From: a virus
Length of the DNA: 60,995 nucleotides
Virus record (IMG/VR): IMGVR_UViG_3300029619_000004
Direction: 5' to 3' (one strand)
Every line of letters starts with the position of its first letter. The first letter of the stretch is position 1. The position numbers were made by a program, and so were the translations under genes. Positions 34,023 to 42,724 of the stretch are shown here, piece after piece. The notes under the pieces were generated by a model. The model was not told where the DNA came from. It was given only the letters and a program-made list of their open reading frames with translations, and did no database searches.

Positions 34023-34128
34023 TTAGCACTAACCCCATGCCATGGGTATGGTACTATTTTACTGCTAAATTAATATACCTATATTAGCAGTAAATATATA
34101 CCATAGGATAGCATTATAGTAGTGCTAA
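34023..34128. promoter_or_regulatory. candidate attP: nested inverted repeats just downstream of the integrase gene
   Basis: Perfect 10-bp inverted repeat TTACTGCTAA(34059-68)/TTAGCAGTAA(34084-93). It is flanked by TTAGCACTAA(34023-32) and its near-complement GTAGTGCTAA(34119-28). Confidence 0.3.
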
Positions 34129-35486
34129 AAATCTTTCAATTTTATCTCAATATTTCCATTGCTAATTACTATTTTTTCAATTATACTCTTTAGTAAGGTG
34201 TTTTTCTGCTTCTTGTCGATATCTTCCCAAATGTCGGCAAGATTTTTTATGTTCTTAAATACATTTTGTCTAGTTTTATTTGTTTCTATTGCGGATTCTT
34301 CTTTAATCTGCTTACGGATATCTTCTATTACTTTCTCAATTTCTTTAATCATGCTGATAACATCATCATTGCCCTCTGCATACAGGTTATATAACCTTTT
34401 ACGCTTAGTCTGCTCTTTTTCTAATTGTCCTTGCAATATTTCCAATTTAGATTCTTTTACTCTTGGCTTATATTCTGATATATTAGCAGATATTAAAAGT
34501 ATTTCGTCCTCTACAGCTTTTTCAATATCCGAAGCCCATTCCAAGGTGTTATTACAGTTTGGATTGTGGTTAGGAAGATAATGCAAGTCCTTGTTCCTGG
34601 AACAACAGTAAATCTTATGCTTTCCATGCGTCCACTTCTGATACCTCATAGCGCATCCACAGATTCCACAATAGCACAAACCTGTCAATAAGTTAGTTTG
34701 GATGTTATGGCAACTTGCCCTTTTGTTTTTCCTTATTGCTCTGAATTGTTGGGCTTTTTCAAACACTTCATTATTAAATATAGGTTTATGCAATCCCTGA
34801 TAGATATTCCCCTTATACGGTATCATTCCAATGTTTACAGGGCTTGTGAGTACTTGCTTCACAACAAATTCGCTTTTAAATCCTAACATATCACGGATTT
34901 TTACGTCTGAATATCCTTGCAAGAATAAATCCATTGCTTTGTTTGCCTGTTCCTTGCGTTCTGGAATTGGTATAAGTGTTCCTGTATCTTTGCTGTATGT
35001 ATAGCAGTATGGAAGATTACCACCGCCCATCCAGTAGCCTTGCTTGACACGCTCCAACATTCCACCACGCATGCGCAATAACATTGTATTCTTGTCCAGT
35101 TGTGCAAATACCGCCATCATCTGTGTATAAGCCTGCTCCATAGGATTATCATAGCTGATACTGTCATGTACACACTTAAATTCTACATTGTTCTTTAAAA
35201 ACACACGCTCAATCAGATAAATACCGTCCACCATGCTACGTGATATTCTATCCAGTTTGAAAGCAACAACATAGCCTACACGCTTACGATCACAGTCTGA
35301 TACAAGCCGTTGCAATTCTGGTCTGTCCATATTTGCGCCTGTGTACCCATCATCAATGTACCAATCTGTAATTACCAGTTCATTTTTTCTGCAATAGTTT
35401 TCAATATCTCTCCTTTGGCTGTCTAATCCGTTTCCCTCTTCTGCCTGTTTCTCTGTAGAAACACGCATATATGCGACACATTCCAT
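34125..35486 (-). CDS. large serine recombinase (integrase)
   Basis: Has the resolvase-type N-terminus YMRVSTEKQ...GLDSQ...DDGYTG...L.RISR, a recombinase domain, a Cys-rich zinc ribbon and a C-terminal coiled coil. GGAGG RBS lies ahead of ATG 35486. Confidence 0.85.
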   Translation of the reverse strand: MECVAYMRVSTEKQAEEGNGLDSQRRDIENYCRKNELVITDWYIDDGYTGANMDRPELQRLVSDCDRKRVGYVVAFKLDRISRSMVDGIYLIERVFLKNNVEFKCVHDSISYDNPMEQAYTQMMAVFAQLDKNTMLLRMRGGMLERVKQGYWMGGGNLPYCYTYSKDTGTLIPIPERKEQANKAMDLFLQGYSDVKIRDMLGFKSEFVVKQVLTSPVNIGMIPYKGNIYQGLHKPIFNNEVFEKAQQFRAIRKNKRASCHNIQTNLLTGLCYCGICGCAMRYQKWTHGKHKIYCCSRNKDLHYLPNHNPNCNNTLEWASDIEKAVEDEILLISANISEYKPRVKESKLEILQGQLEKEQTKRKRLYNLYAEGNDDVISMIKEIEKVIEDIRKQIKEESAIETNKTRQNVFKNIKNLADIWEDIDKKQKNTLLKSIIEKIVISNGNIEIKLKDF

Positions 35487-35657
35487 TCTCATTCCTCCAT
35501 CAGATATAAAAGAATGCGCCATATTCACTACTGACGCATTCTACACTATTATCAATTTTTCGTCAATTAATCAGTTCCGCAATCAGTTTCAAAACCTCTG
35601 ACGGCAAAACTACATCTTCTGGATTAATTTCTTTCCCATTCTGTGTAAGCACAACTG

Positions 35658-35870
35658 TCATATAGTCAAACCTCCGATTCTATTTATTTTTGATTTTATT
35701 TTTTCAATTCTTCGGCTAACTGTGCGATTACACGCATTTGTCTTTTGTGCTATTTCTGTAATAGTCTTTCCTTTTGTCAACATTTTAAACACTATTAATT
35801 CTTCTTCTGTAAAATTTGCGCTTTCAATGATGCTTTCAAGTTCTGGTCTTGTAAGCTCTGAAAAACGCAC
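35658..35870 (-). CDS. small sigma-r4/LuxR-type HTH regulator
   Basis: FTEEELIVFKMLTKGKTITEIAQKTNACNRTVSRRIEKIK. GTG start with a GAGAGGAG RBS. Confidence 0.5.
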   Translation of the reverse strand: MRFSELTRPELESIIESANFTEEELIVFKMLTKGKTITEIAQKTNACNRTVSRRIEKIKSKINRIGGLTI

Positions 35871-35889
35871 TTATTAGTTCACTCCTCTC

Positions 35890-36060
35890 CTATTTACTTT
35901 TTGCACATTCATTACAGTAAAATGCATCCTCATTTCCATAATAAACGCCATTTTGATAACTGCCTTTAATGCAACGTATTTTTCCGTCCTGACCTCTCTG
36001 CTCTGTCAGAATGTATTTACCACACTTCTTACAATTAATATCCTGTTTTTCTGATTCCAT
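35890..36060 (-). CDS. 56-aa zinc-ribbon protein
   Basis: Hand translation gives MESEKQDINCKKCGK...YCNECAKSK. It is preceded by a variant of the junction motif. Confidence 0.4.
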   Translation of the reverse strand: MESEKQDINCKKCGKYILTEQRGQDGKIRCIKGSYQNGVYYGNEDAFYCNECAKSK

Positions 36061-36083
36061 AAAATTATCTCCTAAATCTCAGT

Positions 36084-36269
36084 TTAATTTACTTTAAGAG
36101 AAAATTCCGCTCTTAAGAAACTGTTTGCATCAGCAACAAAAATACCCTCGTTCTTTTCATCGTCATTGTAGACTTCTTTTAAGTATTCCATTGCTTCACC
36201 GCCATCTTTGGCTTCAATTTCAATCTCATATTCATATATTTCTCTGACAACGCCTTTATACTTTGCCAT
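36084..36269 (-). CDS. hypothetical small protein
   Basis: 61 aa. Junction-motif variant upstream. Confidence 0.45.
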   Translation of the reverse strand: MAKYKGVVREIYEYEIEIEAKDGGEAMEYLKEVYNDDEKNEGIFVADANSFLRAEFSLKVN

Positions 36270-36317
36270 ATGCGCTCACTCCTTCACTAAATCTTAAATT
36301 TGTAGAATCATTCGAAT

Positions 36318-36617
36318 CTACAAATATTTTCTATAGTGTTCTGGAAATTTAAAAACTCGTTCTCTCCCTATATTCCTTGGTTTTCTATTAAATCTCTGTA
36401 ATTCCGTGGAGAGACTGTTCACATTCAAATCCAAATCATTATAGCATTGATTGCACTCAAGTCTTACAACCCAATTAAAAGAACCACTATCGTATTGATA
36501 TAATAGTGCGCTTGCTTTTGGATAAGATTTAAGGTAGTTTTCTATCTCCTGAAATTGTCTAGCGGTTTCTTCGCAATCCGTATATCCGCTTATCTTGAGC
36601 CAATGCACATACTTCAT
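36318..36617 (-). CDS. hypothetical protein
   Basis: 99 aa. Junction motif upstream. Confidence 0.5.
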   Translation of the reverse strand: MKYVHWLKISGYTDCEETARQFQEIENYLKSYPKASALLYQYDSGSFNWVVRLECNQCYNDLDLNVNSLSTELQRFNRKPRNIGRERVFKFPEHYRKYL

Positions 36618-36644
36618 ACTTCGCCTCCTAAATCCTTATTTTAG

Positions 36645-37019
36645 TTACATAATTTCATTCAGTATTTTTGCTATTTCTTTTTTATCCTCATAATAACTTT
36701 GAGGTTTTGATAATTTTTGCAATATTAGTATTTTTCTGTTATTCCTTTTTATTATAATAGAACTTTCATCTTGAATTTCTTCCCACCCTGTAGCTTGCAA
36801 GATACCACACACAAAACCGTCAAGCCTTGCATACTCTGTATTCCCGAAGGCTGTTGGAGAATATAATTGATAGTAATTTTCTCTTTTTGACAATGCTATA
36901 TACAAAAAATAAATACATCTCATATAATCTGATTGATTATTTTCATAATCTTTGAATATTTCAGTATCAGTTATATCTGGCAAAAGATTTTCTTCTGATT
37001 TTATATCATAACATTTCAT
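36645..37019 (-). CDS. hypothetical protein
   Basis: 124 aa. Junction motif upstream. Confidence 0.5.
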   Translation of the reverse strand: MKCYDIKSEENLLPDITDTEIFKDYENNQSDYMRCIYFLYIALSKRENYYQLYSPTAFGNTEYARLDGFVCGILQATGWEEIQDESSIIIKRNNRKILILQKLSKPQSYYEDKKEIAKILNEIM

Positions 37020-37037
37020 ACTTACCTCTCTAAATCC

Positions 37038-37262
37038 TTAATATACTTTCTGACCGCATCCGCAATAGCCCGGATATTTCATAAGGTTCTTGCATTTAGG
37101 GCAAAAATATCGACCTTCGATTATTACTCTTGATACTGGTATTTGTTTTTCGAGAGCTGTCGTAATATTCAATAAGTCTTCTTCTGTCATACCATCTATT
37201 AAAACCGTTCCATTTCCCAAATTATTAATTATATGTAGTGTTTCGATATATGTTCTCGCCAT
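37038..37262 (-). CDS. zinc-ribbon protein
   Basis: CPKCKN...CGCG. GGGAGG RBS ahead of ATG 37262. Confidence 0.45.
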   Translation of the reverse strand: MARTYIETLHIINNLGNGTVLIDGMTEEDLLNITTALEKQIPVSRVIIEGRYFCPKCKNLMKYPGYCGCGQKVY

Positions 37263-37307
37263 GTATTTACCTCCCACATGTACTTTATTTTCATAATATA
37301 TAAATCC

Positions 37308-37460
37308 TTATTCTGTGTAATAGTCACAATCTCCAGAACAGTAACTTTCTCCCATTGGACATCTGTTTATATCAAGTGGGCTTCGTTCATCATCATCTGC
37401 ACAACATTTAGCGGTCTTTGGTAAGATACAAATTTCAATTCCATCTCTGTACATTTCCAT
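37308..37460 (-). CDS. 50-aa Cys-rich protein
   Basis: Hand translation gives MEMYRDGIEICILPKTAKCCADDDERSPLDINRCPMGESYCSGDCDYYTE. Junction motif upstream. Confidence 0.4.
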   Translation of the reverse strand: MEMYRDGIEICILPKTAKCCADDDERSPLDINRCPMGESYCSGDCDYYTE

Positions 37461-37505
37461 GATTTATTTTTTTCCTCCTAAAATCCTTATTCTATGACGA
37501 ATCCA

Positions 37506-37889
37506 CTAATTACCTCTTGTCCAACCCTGTATATGTACAGGATCAAACGCTTTCATGCATTTAGGACATATTGGAAACAAACCATTACGATAGTTACTTT
37601 CCATATCCCTAAAAACTTTATTCCTTCTCATTCTTTGGAATTCCTCATCTGCCAACTTAGCATAACTCTGTGCCTTAGATAACATTCGTTGTTGCGTTTT
37701 CTCAATCTCTTCATACCTTCCTGCCAAGGATACAAGCGCATCAAATGCGTTCACGATAGCTCCGCAATCTTGGCAAGTAACTATCCGGTTCGTAGTATCT
37801 ACTTCATAATGTGCCGGATTGCATTTGCAAATTTTATCTCTAGCACGATTAATTCTAACAATATCAAATGATACTATATTATTCTCCAT
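37506..37889 (-). CDS. double zinc-ribbon protein
   Basis: CKCNP...CQDCG and CPKC motifs. GGGGAG RBS ahead of ATG 37889. Confidence 0.5.
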   Translation of the reverse strand: MENNIVSFDIVRINRARDKICKCNPAHYEVDTTNRIVTCQDCGAIVNAFDALVSLAGRYEEIEKTQQRMLSKAQSYAKLADEEFQRMRRNKVFRDMESNYRNGLFPICPKCMKAFDPVHIQGWTRGN

Positions 37890-38014
37890 GAACATTCTCC
37901 CCAAAATCCTTATACAGCATAATCCGCTTCGTCATTCAAATATTCTGCCACATCTTCCACTGTAATTCCTCCTTCGCATTGCCTGTCATATGCTTCTAGT
38001 TCTGCAATCTCAGT

Positions 38015-38197
38015 TTAGATGTTCATAACACCAGATTTCCATCCTGCTTTTTTAGCCTCTTCTGAAAGAATCTCATTTTCTTCAGCTATAGCCATACTTT
38101 TTTTAGGTTTACATCTTCTTTTCTCTGTACATTCTTTATTTAGCCTTACACACCATCCACATGGTGTTTCATATTGGCAAAACATTGTTCCAAACAT
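38015..38197 (-). CDS. Cys-containing small protein
   Basis: 60 aa. Junction motif upstream. Confidence 0.45.
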   Translation of the reverse strand: MFGTMFCQYETPCGWCVRLNKECTEKRRCKPKKSMAIAEENEILSEEAKKAGWKSGVMNI

Positions 38198-38219
38198 ATT
38201 ACATTCCTCCGCTAAATCC

Positions 38220-38498
38220 TTAGTTTAGTTCATCGAGACTTTCCTGCAATTCTTTGTAGTAATTGATTTGATCAATGCAATGATTATCTAATGTATCAAT
38301 CATTTCTCTCTTGGCATCTTCTAGTGTTTCTGCTTCCATTGACTCCATATGACCATCAATTACTGACTGCCATCCTATCTCTTTACCACAGTAAACAATA
38401 CTGCCTATTGTAATGCTGCCATAAAAAGCGACTATATCAAATTGCCTTTCCCAGTTATCCTGTTCTGGATTAACTTCTTTCCATTCCATTGTACACAT
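38220..38498 (-). CDS. hypothetical acidic protein
   Basis: 92 aa. GAGGTG RBS. Confidence 0.5.
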   Translation of the reverse strand: MCTMEWKEVNPEQDNWERQFDIVAFYGSITIGSIVYCGKEIGWQSVIDGHMESMEAETLEDAKREMIDTLDNHCIDQINYYKELQESLDELN

Positions 38499-38515
38499 AC
38501 TTTCACCTCAAATTC

Positions 38516-38656
38516 TTACCAAAGTGGTACTCCTATATTGGATGTAATATCTTCGCAATCATCACAATTATCGCATTCACCGTCACAGCCTACATTGTCA
38601 ATATCTTCCTCGTCCATATCGGAGCACCACATATTCATTACTTTGCACCATTTCAT
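38516..38656 (-). CDS. 46-aa acidic Cys-rich protein
   Basis: Hand translation gives MKWCKVMNMWCSDMDEEDIDNVGCDGECDNCDDCEDITSNIGVPLW. Junction motif upstream. Confidence 0.4.
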   Translation of the reverse strand: MKWCKVMNMWCSDMDEEDIDNVGCDGECDNCDDCEDITSNIGVPLW

Positions 38657-38682
38657 AGTTGTCTTACTCCTTGTCTAAATCC

Positions 38683-38943
38683 TTATTCCTGTGTTTTTAA
38701 CACATTCAAGATACCAACTACTGCTTTATCCCAGAATACATTTACAAAATCCTCAACAGTGCAAATCGTGTCTCCGTCCCAATCTACGATAGTGGCATCA
38801 TCTACTTGGCATAATTCACACCCAGATTCTTTCAACACTTCGTTTGCACATTCTGTCACAACCGTCTGCGTATCGGCATAGTCACAGCCTCTGTTTAAAA
38901 TATCCTCAAGTTCTTCTATTGTTTTCTTTGATATTTTCGCCAT
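38683..38943 (-). CDS. hypothetical acidic protein
   Basis: 86 aa. Junction motif upstream. Confidence 0.5.
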   Translation of the reverse strand: MAKISKKTIEELEDILNRGCDYADTQTVVTECANEVLKESGCELCQVDDATIVDWDGDTICTVEDFVNVFWDKAVVGILNVLKTQE

Positions 38944-39052
38944 TCTTCTACCTCCGCTAAATCCTTATTTAGTCTAATACTCACTATCGCATCTGCTTTC
39001 AATCACCATACCAACAATCAGAACAATCACCGTCAGTACAGCTTTCCATGCA

Positions 39053-39535
39053 TCACTCATTTTTAATTCCCTCCCAGTCGATTCTCTGACCGCAATTTTC
39101 ACAATACTTCTTTTTCCTCTGGTCATGAATCCTGCCATGTACAATAATTCTTTCTCCAACAACCGATTTGCATTTAGGACAACGCCAGAAATTACTTTCA
39201 GTCTGTTTTATTTCTCCATGCCCATCTGAATAATCAATAGCCATACAACCTTTTTCATACATACTTAAAATTGGCTTCTTTCTGCTCTGCTTCTCTCTTG
39301 CTTCCAACAGGGATTTAAAGGTAAATTCCTGTTTTACGCATTCATCCTCAAACTGTATATATTCCCTAATATGGTCTACTGTCAGATTTCGCTTAGATAA
39401 TTCAGATTCAAGTTCTTTATACTTCTTGGCTGTTTCAAGTGCCTGTATTGCCATATCTAATGCTTCGTTCAAAATATAATAACCGCTTGTAGGCTTGTTA
39501 TCTTTTATTGCCTTGATTGCTTCATTCTCTGTCAT
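39053..39535 (-). CDS. zinc-ribbon protein
   Basis: 160 aa. C-terminal CPKCKS...CENCG. Confidence 0.5.
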   Translation of the reverse strand: MTENEAIKAIKDNKPTSGYYILNEALDMAIQALETAKKYKELESELSKRNLTVDHIREYIQFEDECVKQEFTFKSLLEAREKQSRKKPILSMYEKGCMAIDYSDGHGEIKQTESNFWRCPKCKSVVGERIIVHGRIHDQRKKKYCENCGQRIDWEGIKNE

Positions 39536-39773
39536 TCATTCCACCGCCTTTCACAATCTCGATTGCTTTACAAATAACTCCTCTAATCCCAAATTCCTCG
39601 ATATCATATCTTCTTTTTAGTTCTTCCAACTGTTCCACAACCTTGTCCACATCATAAGCCGTCGGATATTCTTCTAGTAAATACAATACTGCATTTGTAT
39701 TCACTAAAGTTCCATTGCTTAAAGTAACCGATTTTAAATCTTTCTTTAGTGCATCTGCATCAATCAGTCTCAT
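39522..39773 (-). CDS. hypothetical protein
   Basis: 83 aa. Overlaps its neighbour in operon style. Confidence 0.5.
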   Translation of the reverse strand: MRLIDADALKKDLKSVTLSNGTLVNTNAVLYLLEEYPTAYDVDKVVEQLEELKRRYDIEEFGIRGVICKAIEIVKGGGMNDRE

Positions 39774-39779
39774 TATTTT

Positions 39780-39941
39780 TCATCTCCTATTACCCTCCAA
39801 ATACGCCGTTGCATCTTCATGTCCTGCCAGTCTAAGCGCATTAATGATACCTGTTACCTTGTCCACATTTCCGACTCTTGCATACTTCTTGAAAGCGTTC
39901 TTGAATGTTCCTGACTGTTCAAATAAACAATGGACTTTCAT
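39780..39941 (-). CDS. 53-aa hypothetical protein
   Basis: Hand translation gives MKVHCLFEQSGTFKNAFKKYARVGN... The stop overlaps the next gene's RBS. Confidence 0.35.
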   Translation of the reverse strand: MKVHCLFEQSGTFKNAFKKYARVGNVDKVTGIINALRLAGHEDATAYLEGNRR

Positions 39942-40003
39942 TCTAAATCTACCAAAAGGAAACCTCGGTTTTATGTGCGCACAACCTATTCCTTTCTTTG
40001 ATT

Positions 40004-40162
40004 TTTAGTTAGTTACCGTGGTTTTCTTCCTGTATGAAAATACTCGTCATAAGCGTCAACTGTATCGCGTATTTCAACCATAGCCATATCAAGTGTTACA
40101 TCTTTTTTATCCAAGGCTCTTTCTGCATAATCTTTAATTCTCATCATTAAAGCCTGTGCCAT
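40004..40162 (-). CDS. 52-aa hypothetical protein
   Basis: Hand translation gives MAQALMMRIKDYAERALDKKDVTLDMAMVEIRD... Confidence 0.35.
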
Positions 40163-40182
40163 TACTATCTTTGCATTGTCAC

Positions 40183-40479
40183 TCACTCTGAATCACTCGC
40201 TTTCTTATCATTAACAATCTTTATTTTTCTGCCACAAGCATTGCAGTAAATATCAATGCCTGTCGCACAACTAAGCCTTATTTTTCCACAGCCTGTATTG
40301 TAAATAGGCATTCCATGTGGTGTATCAACAATCTTCCATTCACAGAATTTATTTTCTTCTGTCTCTGCAATTTCAATGGCAAAATCAAGTATTTGTTCGT
40401 ATTCCGCATAGTCATTTTCTTTGTATGCTTTCTGCAAATCTCTTAATTTGTCTGCGATTACACCCATTAACATCACCAA
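40183..40479 (-). CDS. zinc-ribbon protein
   Basis: C-terminal half carries Cys motifs (TGCGK, LSC, CNACGRK). The start codon among the clustered TTG/GTG/ATG is uncertain. Confidence 0.45.
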   Translation of the reverse strand: MVMLMGVIADKLRDLQKAYKENDYAEYEQILDFAIEIAETEENKFCEWKIVDTPHGMPIYNTGCGKIRLSCATGIDIYCNACGRKIKIVNDKKASDSE

Positions 40480-40596
40480 CTTTCAATAAATCCATAAACG
40501 CTAAGATTTGTTCGTCTCATTCTTACCTCTCTTTCTGACCGATTTTTCCGTTCTTATTGCAGTCTATCGGTGTACCAACAGGTAAATCATTCACAT

Positions 40597-41088
40597 TCAT
40601 GTTATTCCCAAGCCTTTCTCTATCTTGTCATAATCGTAATTGTTCTGTTCTTTACAATTAAAGCTGTTCCTATTATAAGAAGTCTTTTTCTCTTTCTTCT
40701 TGGAATCCTGTATGCACCTTGTAACCATTTTAGATTCATCGAACGTGTATGCCTTATTCTTTTTCAATCCCAACATGGATTTTTCCTCAACGTAATCAGT
40801 CGGCACGTATCGGTCAGATTGTATGTAATTATGCATCTTCCAGTGCTTTATCACGATGATTCCACTATCAAATGTCAGAACAAATGACTTGGCGATCAGC
40901 AGCCTAAAATCATCATCAGAAGCACCGCACATCCGCTGAATCTTCTTCGGGTTGTTCACAAATCCGTCATCATCCGCATTCATGCAAAAGTGAAAGTATA
41001 ACATCTGCGTACTACTTGGCATTTCCAGGAACGCATCACTTTCTGTTATCTTCTTCGTGAACATTCTTCGTTCTGCCGTACTAATCAC
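40597..41088 (-). CDS. replisome organizer / replication initiation protein N-terminal domain-like
   Basis: ITESDAFLEMPSSTQMLYFHFCMNADDDGFVNNPKKIQRMCGASDDDFRLLIAKSFV resembles the N-termini of Firmicute phage replisome organizers. Confidence 0.5.
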   Translation of the reverse strand: MISTAERRMFTKKITESDAFLEMPSSTQMLYFHFCMNADDDGFVNNPKKIQRMCGASDDDFRLLIAKSFVLTFDSGIIVIKHWKMHNYIQSDRYVPTDYVEEKSMLGLKKNKAYTFDESKMVTRCIQDSKKKEKKTSYNRNSFNCKEQNNYDYDKIEKGLGIT

Positions 41089-41139
41089 TTCCTTACTTCA
41101 AGTTCTTTGTCTTAATTATTGCAAAAGTTCGGGATTGCT

Positions 41140-41424
41140 CTAATACCTTGATATTTCTATCTTGCCATTCAATATGGTATTAAGTTCATTGCTAAGTAAA
41201 TCAAACTCACGCTTCACTAATGATTGCGCTTCATTTATCGCAGCTATTACAGATGTACTGTTTAATTTTCTATCCACAATACCTAGTGTTTGACAATTCA
41301 TGTATAATGTTTCCCCGCAACCGCATAGTGTGTGAACACATATAACTAATCTTTTGTTGTCACCTCTGTAGATAGTTCCTGTTTCAACTGGCTCTCCATA
41401 TTTTGCATTGCTTATGTATTTCAT
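41140..41424 (-). CDS. hypothetical protein
   Basis: AGGAGAAAAT RBS ahead of ATG 41424. Confidence 0.45.
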   Translation of the reverse strand: MKYISNAKYGEPVETGTIYRGDNKRLVICVHTLCGCGETLYMNCQTLGIVDRKLNSTSVIAAINEAQSLVKREFDLLSNELNTILNGKIEISRY

Positions 41425-41432
41425 ATTTTCTC

Positions 41433-42035
41433 CTATTCTGCTTCTGATTGAAGCCATTTCTCTATTTCTGTTACCGAACACATTGCAATGCCGTTCCTAA
41501 TAGTCTTAACGCTACCCTCTTCATAAGTTTCTATTGAACATATAAAATCAAGCAACTCTTCATCCGACATGTTCCTTATCCTGTCGGCATTGGTCACTTT
41601 CACATCAACAAGTTCAAAACACTCATCACGCCATTTCAATACATTATCAATATTGAATGAACTGTAACCTACATGGTAATAATATTCGCCGACTTTTTTG
41701 TACATAATTTCGTAATATGGCTTGTTGTCTGTCATCCTTACGATAATTTCCAGAGATGTAACTTTGTTTTTTGTATCATCATTTTCTGAAACTTTGCTAT
41801 CACATCTGCAACAAGGCTTATTATCTCTTGAATTGCTGTTATGCTTGCAGTTGCAAGTGTGGTTATCATCATTTGAAAGCATATCCGATAAAATATTTAT
41901 TGCTTCACCATATTCAACTCTTATGCCTGTTTCACGATTGCAATAAGCCGTGTTGTAATGTCTGCCAAAATGCTTATCCATAGTATTTATGGCTAATTTA
42001 ATAGCATATTTCTGTTTATCTGTCATTTTCTCCAC
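41433..42035 (-). CDS. hypothetical protein
   Basis: 200-aa ORF with a Cys cluster (CNCKHNSNSRDNKPCCRC). Confidence 0.5.
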   Translation of the reverse strand: MEKMTDKQKYAIKLAINTMDKHFGRHYNTAYCNRETGIRVEYGEAINILSDMLSNDDNHTCNCKHNSNSRDNKPCCRCDSKVSENDDTKNKVTSLEIIVRMTDNKPYYEIMYKKVGEYYYHVGYSSFNIDNVLKWRDECFELVDVKVTNADRIRNMSDEELLDFICSIETYEEGSVKTIRNGIAMCSVTEIEKWLQSEAE

Positions 42036-42047
42036 CTCTCAATTCTT

Positions 42048-42278
42048 TCAACTTCTTAAATTAAGTCCGCCGCACCTAATACAATAAAACTTTTTATATC
42101 CTCTGGCATATTCACACAAATAACCACAATGTCCGCAATATTCTCTTCCGTTACTACCAAATGATGTTTTTTTAGGTTCTGACACATTTTTTCTCTCGAA
42201 CAACTCTCCATGTTTGCAATCTATACAATAACCATAATCTTCTTTATACTTGCAAATATTACAATCAATCATTGTCAT
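42048..42278 (-). CDS. Cys-rich zinc-finger protein
   Basis: Four CxxC pairs in 76 aa. Confidence 0.5.
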   Translation of the reverse strand: MTMIDCNICKYKEDYGYCIDCKHGELFERKNVSEPKKTSFGSNGREYCGHCGYLCEYARGYKKFYCIRCGGLNLRS

Positions 42279-42705
42279 ACCTCAATTCTTTCAGTTTTGC
42301 TTCGGCTTCGGATTTTGTGAGAAATACGGTTTTACCAAAATTCTTCAAATTTGTTACAATCCAATCAAGGCTATATGCTCTCATGTCTTGCACATAATTT
42401 TCTTTTTTGCTGTCACACTCATACTCGCACCCTTGGCAACTATATTCGTCAAATTCCTCATTGCTAAATGTGCATTTAGTGTATCTGTTGAAAATACAAT
42501 AAACTGCATCTCCCACTTTACAAGGCAACTTGATAAGTCTGCCCTGTTCCTCTAAATTCTCATAATCAGCAAGTTTTTTAACCATATCTTCAACAATTCC
42601 GCAATTGCAACCGCTGGTAATGCATCCAATGCAATACGTGCTATATGGAATTTTTACTCCTGCGCAAGAATTTTCTCCATATTTTCTGTTTGTTAATCTC
42701 TCCAT
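42265..42705 (-). CDS. hypothetical protein, paralog of 46855..47280
   Basis: Shares MERLT... and KLADYE(N/D)LEEQGRL..LPCK(V/I)GD with 46855..47280. AAAGGAG RBS. Confidence 0.5.
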   Translation of the reverse strand: MERLTNRKYGENSCAGVKIPYSTYCIGCITSGCNCGIVEDMVKKLADYENLEEQGRLIKLPCKVGDAVYCIFNRYTKCTFSNEEFDEYSCQGCEYECDSKKENYVQDMRAYSLDWIVTNLKNFGKTVFLTKSEAEAKLKELRYDND

Positions 42706-42724
42706 TACTGCTCCTTTCTGCCAT

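Larger units (their letters stand above)
36068..38967 (-). repeat. conserved junction motif (U)AAGGAUUU(U)AG-N0-3-GGAGG ahead of 11 consecutive small genes
   Basis: Plus-strand copies (ccTCCnnCTAAATCCTTA) lie at 36624-38, 37025-40, 37301-10, 37474-89, 37897-912, 38206-22, 38667-85 and 38951-67. Variants lie at 36068-80, 36278-96 and 38504-18. Confidence 0.7.

Noticed and set aside
37914-38014. Open in-frame extension after the TAA of gene 38015..38197, considered as possible read-through
   Set aside because: There is no known read-through context. The segment more simply holds a short GTG-initiated peptide or none. Not supportable from sequence alone.
38974-39162. 62-aa ORF overlapping the 3' end of 39053..39535
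   Set aside because: The first 34 codons overlap a better gene in another frame. At most a 28-aa hydrophobic peptide from the ATGA overlap at 39060 could be real, which is too weak to call.
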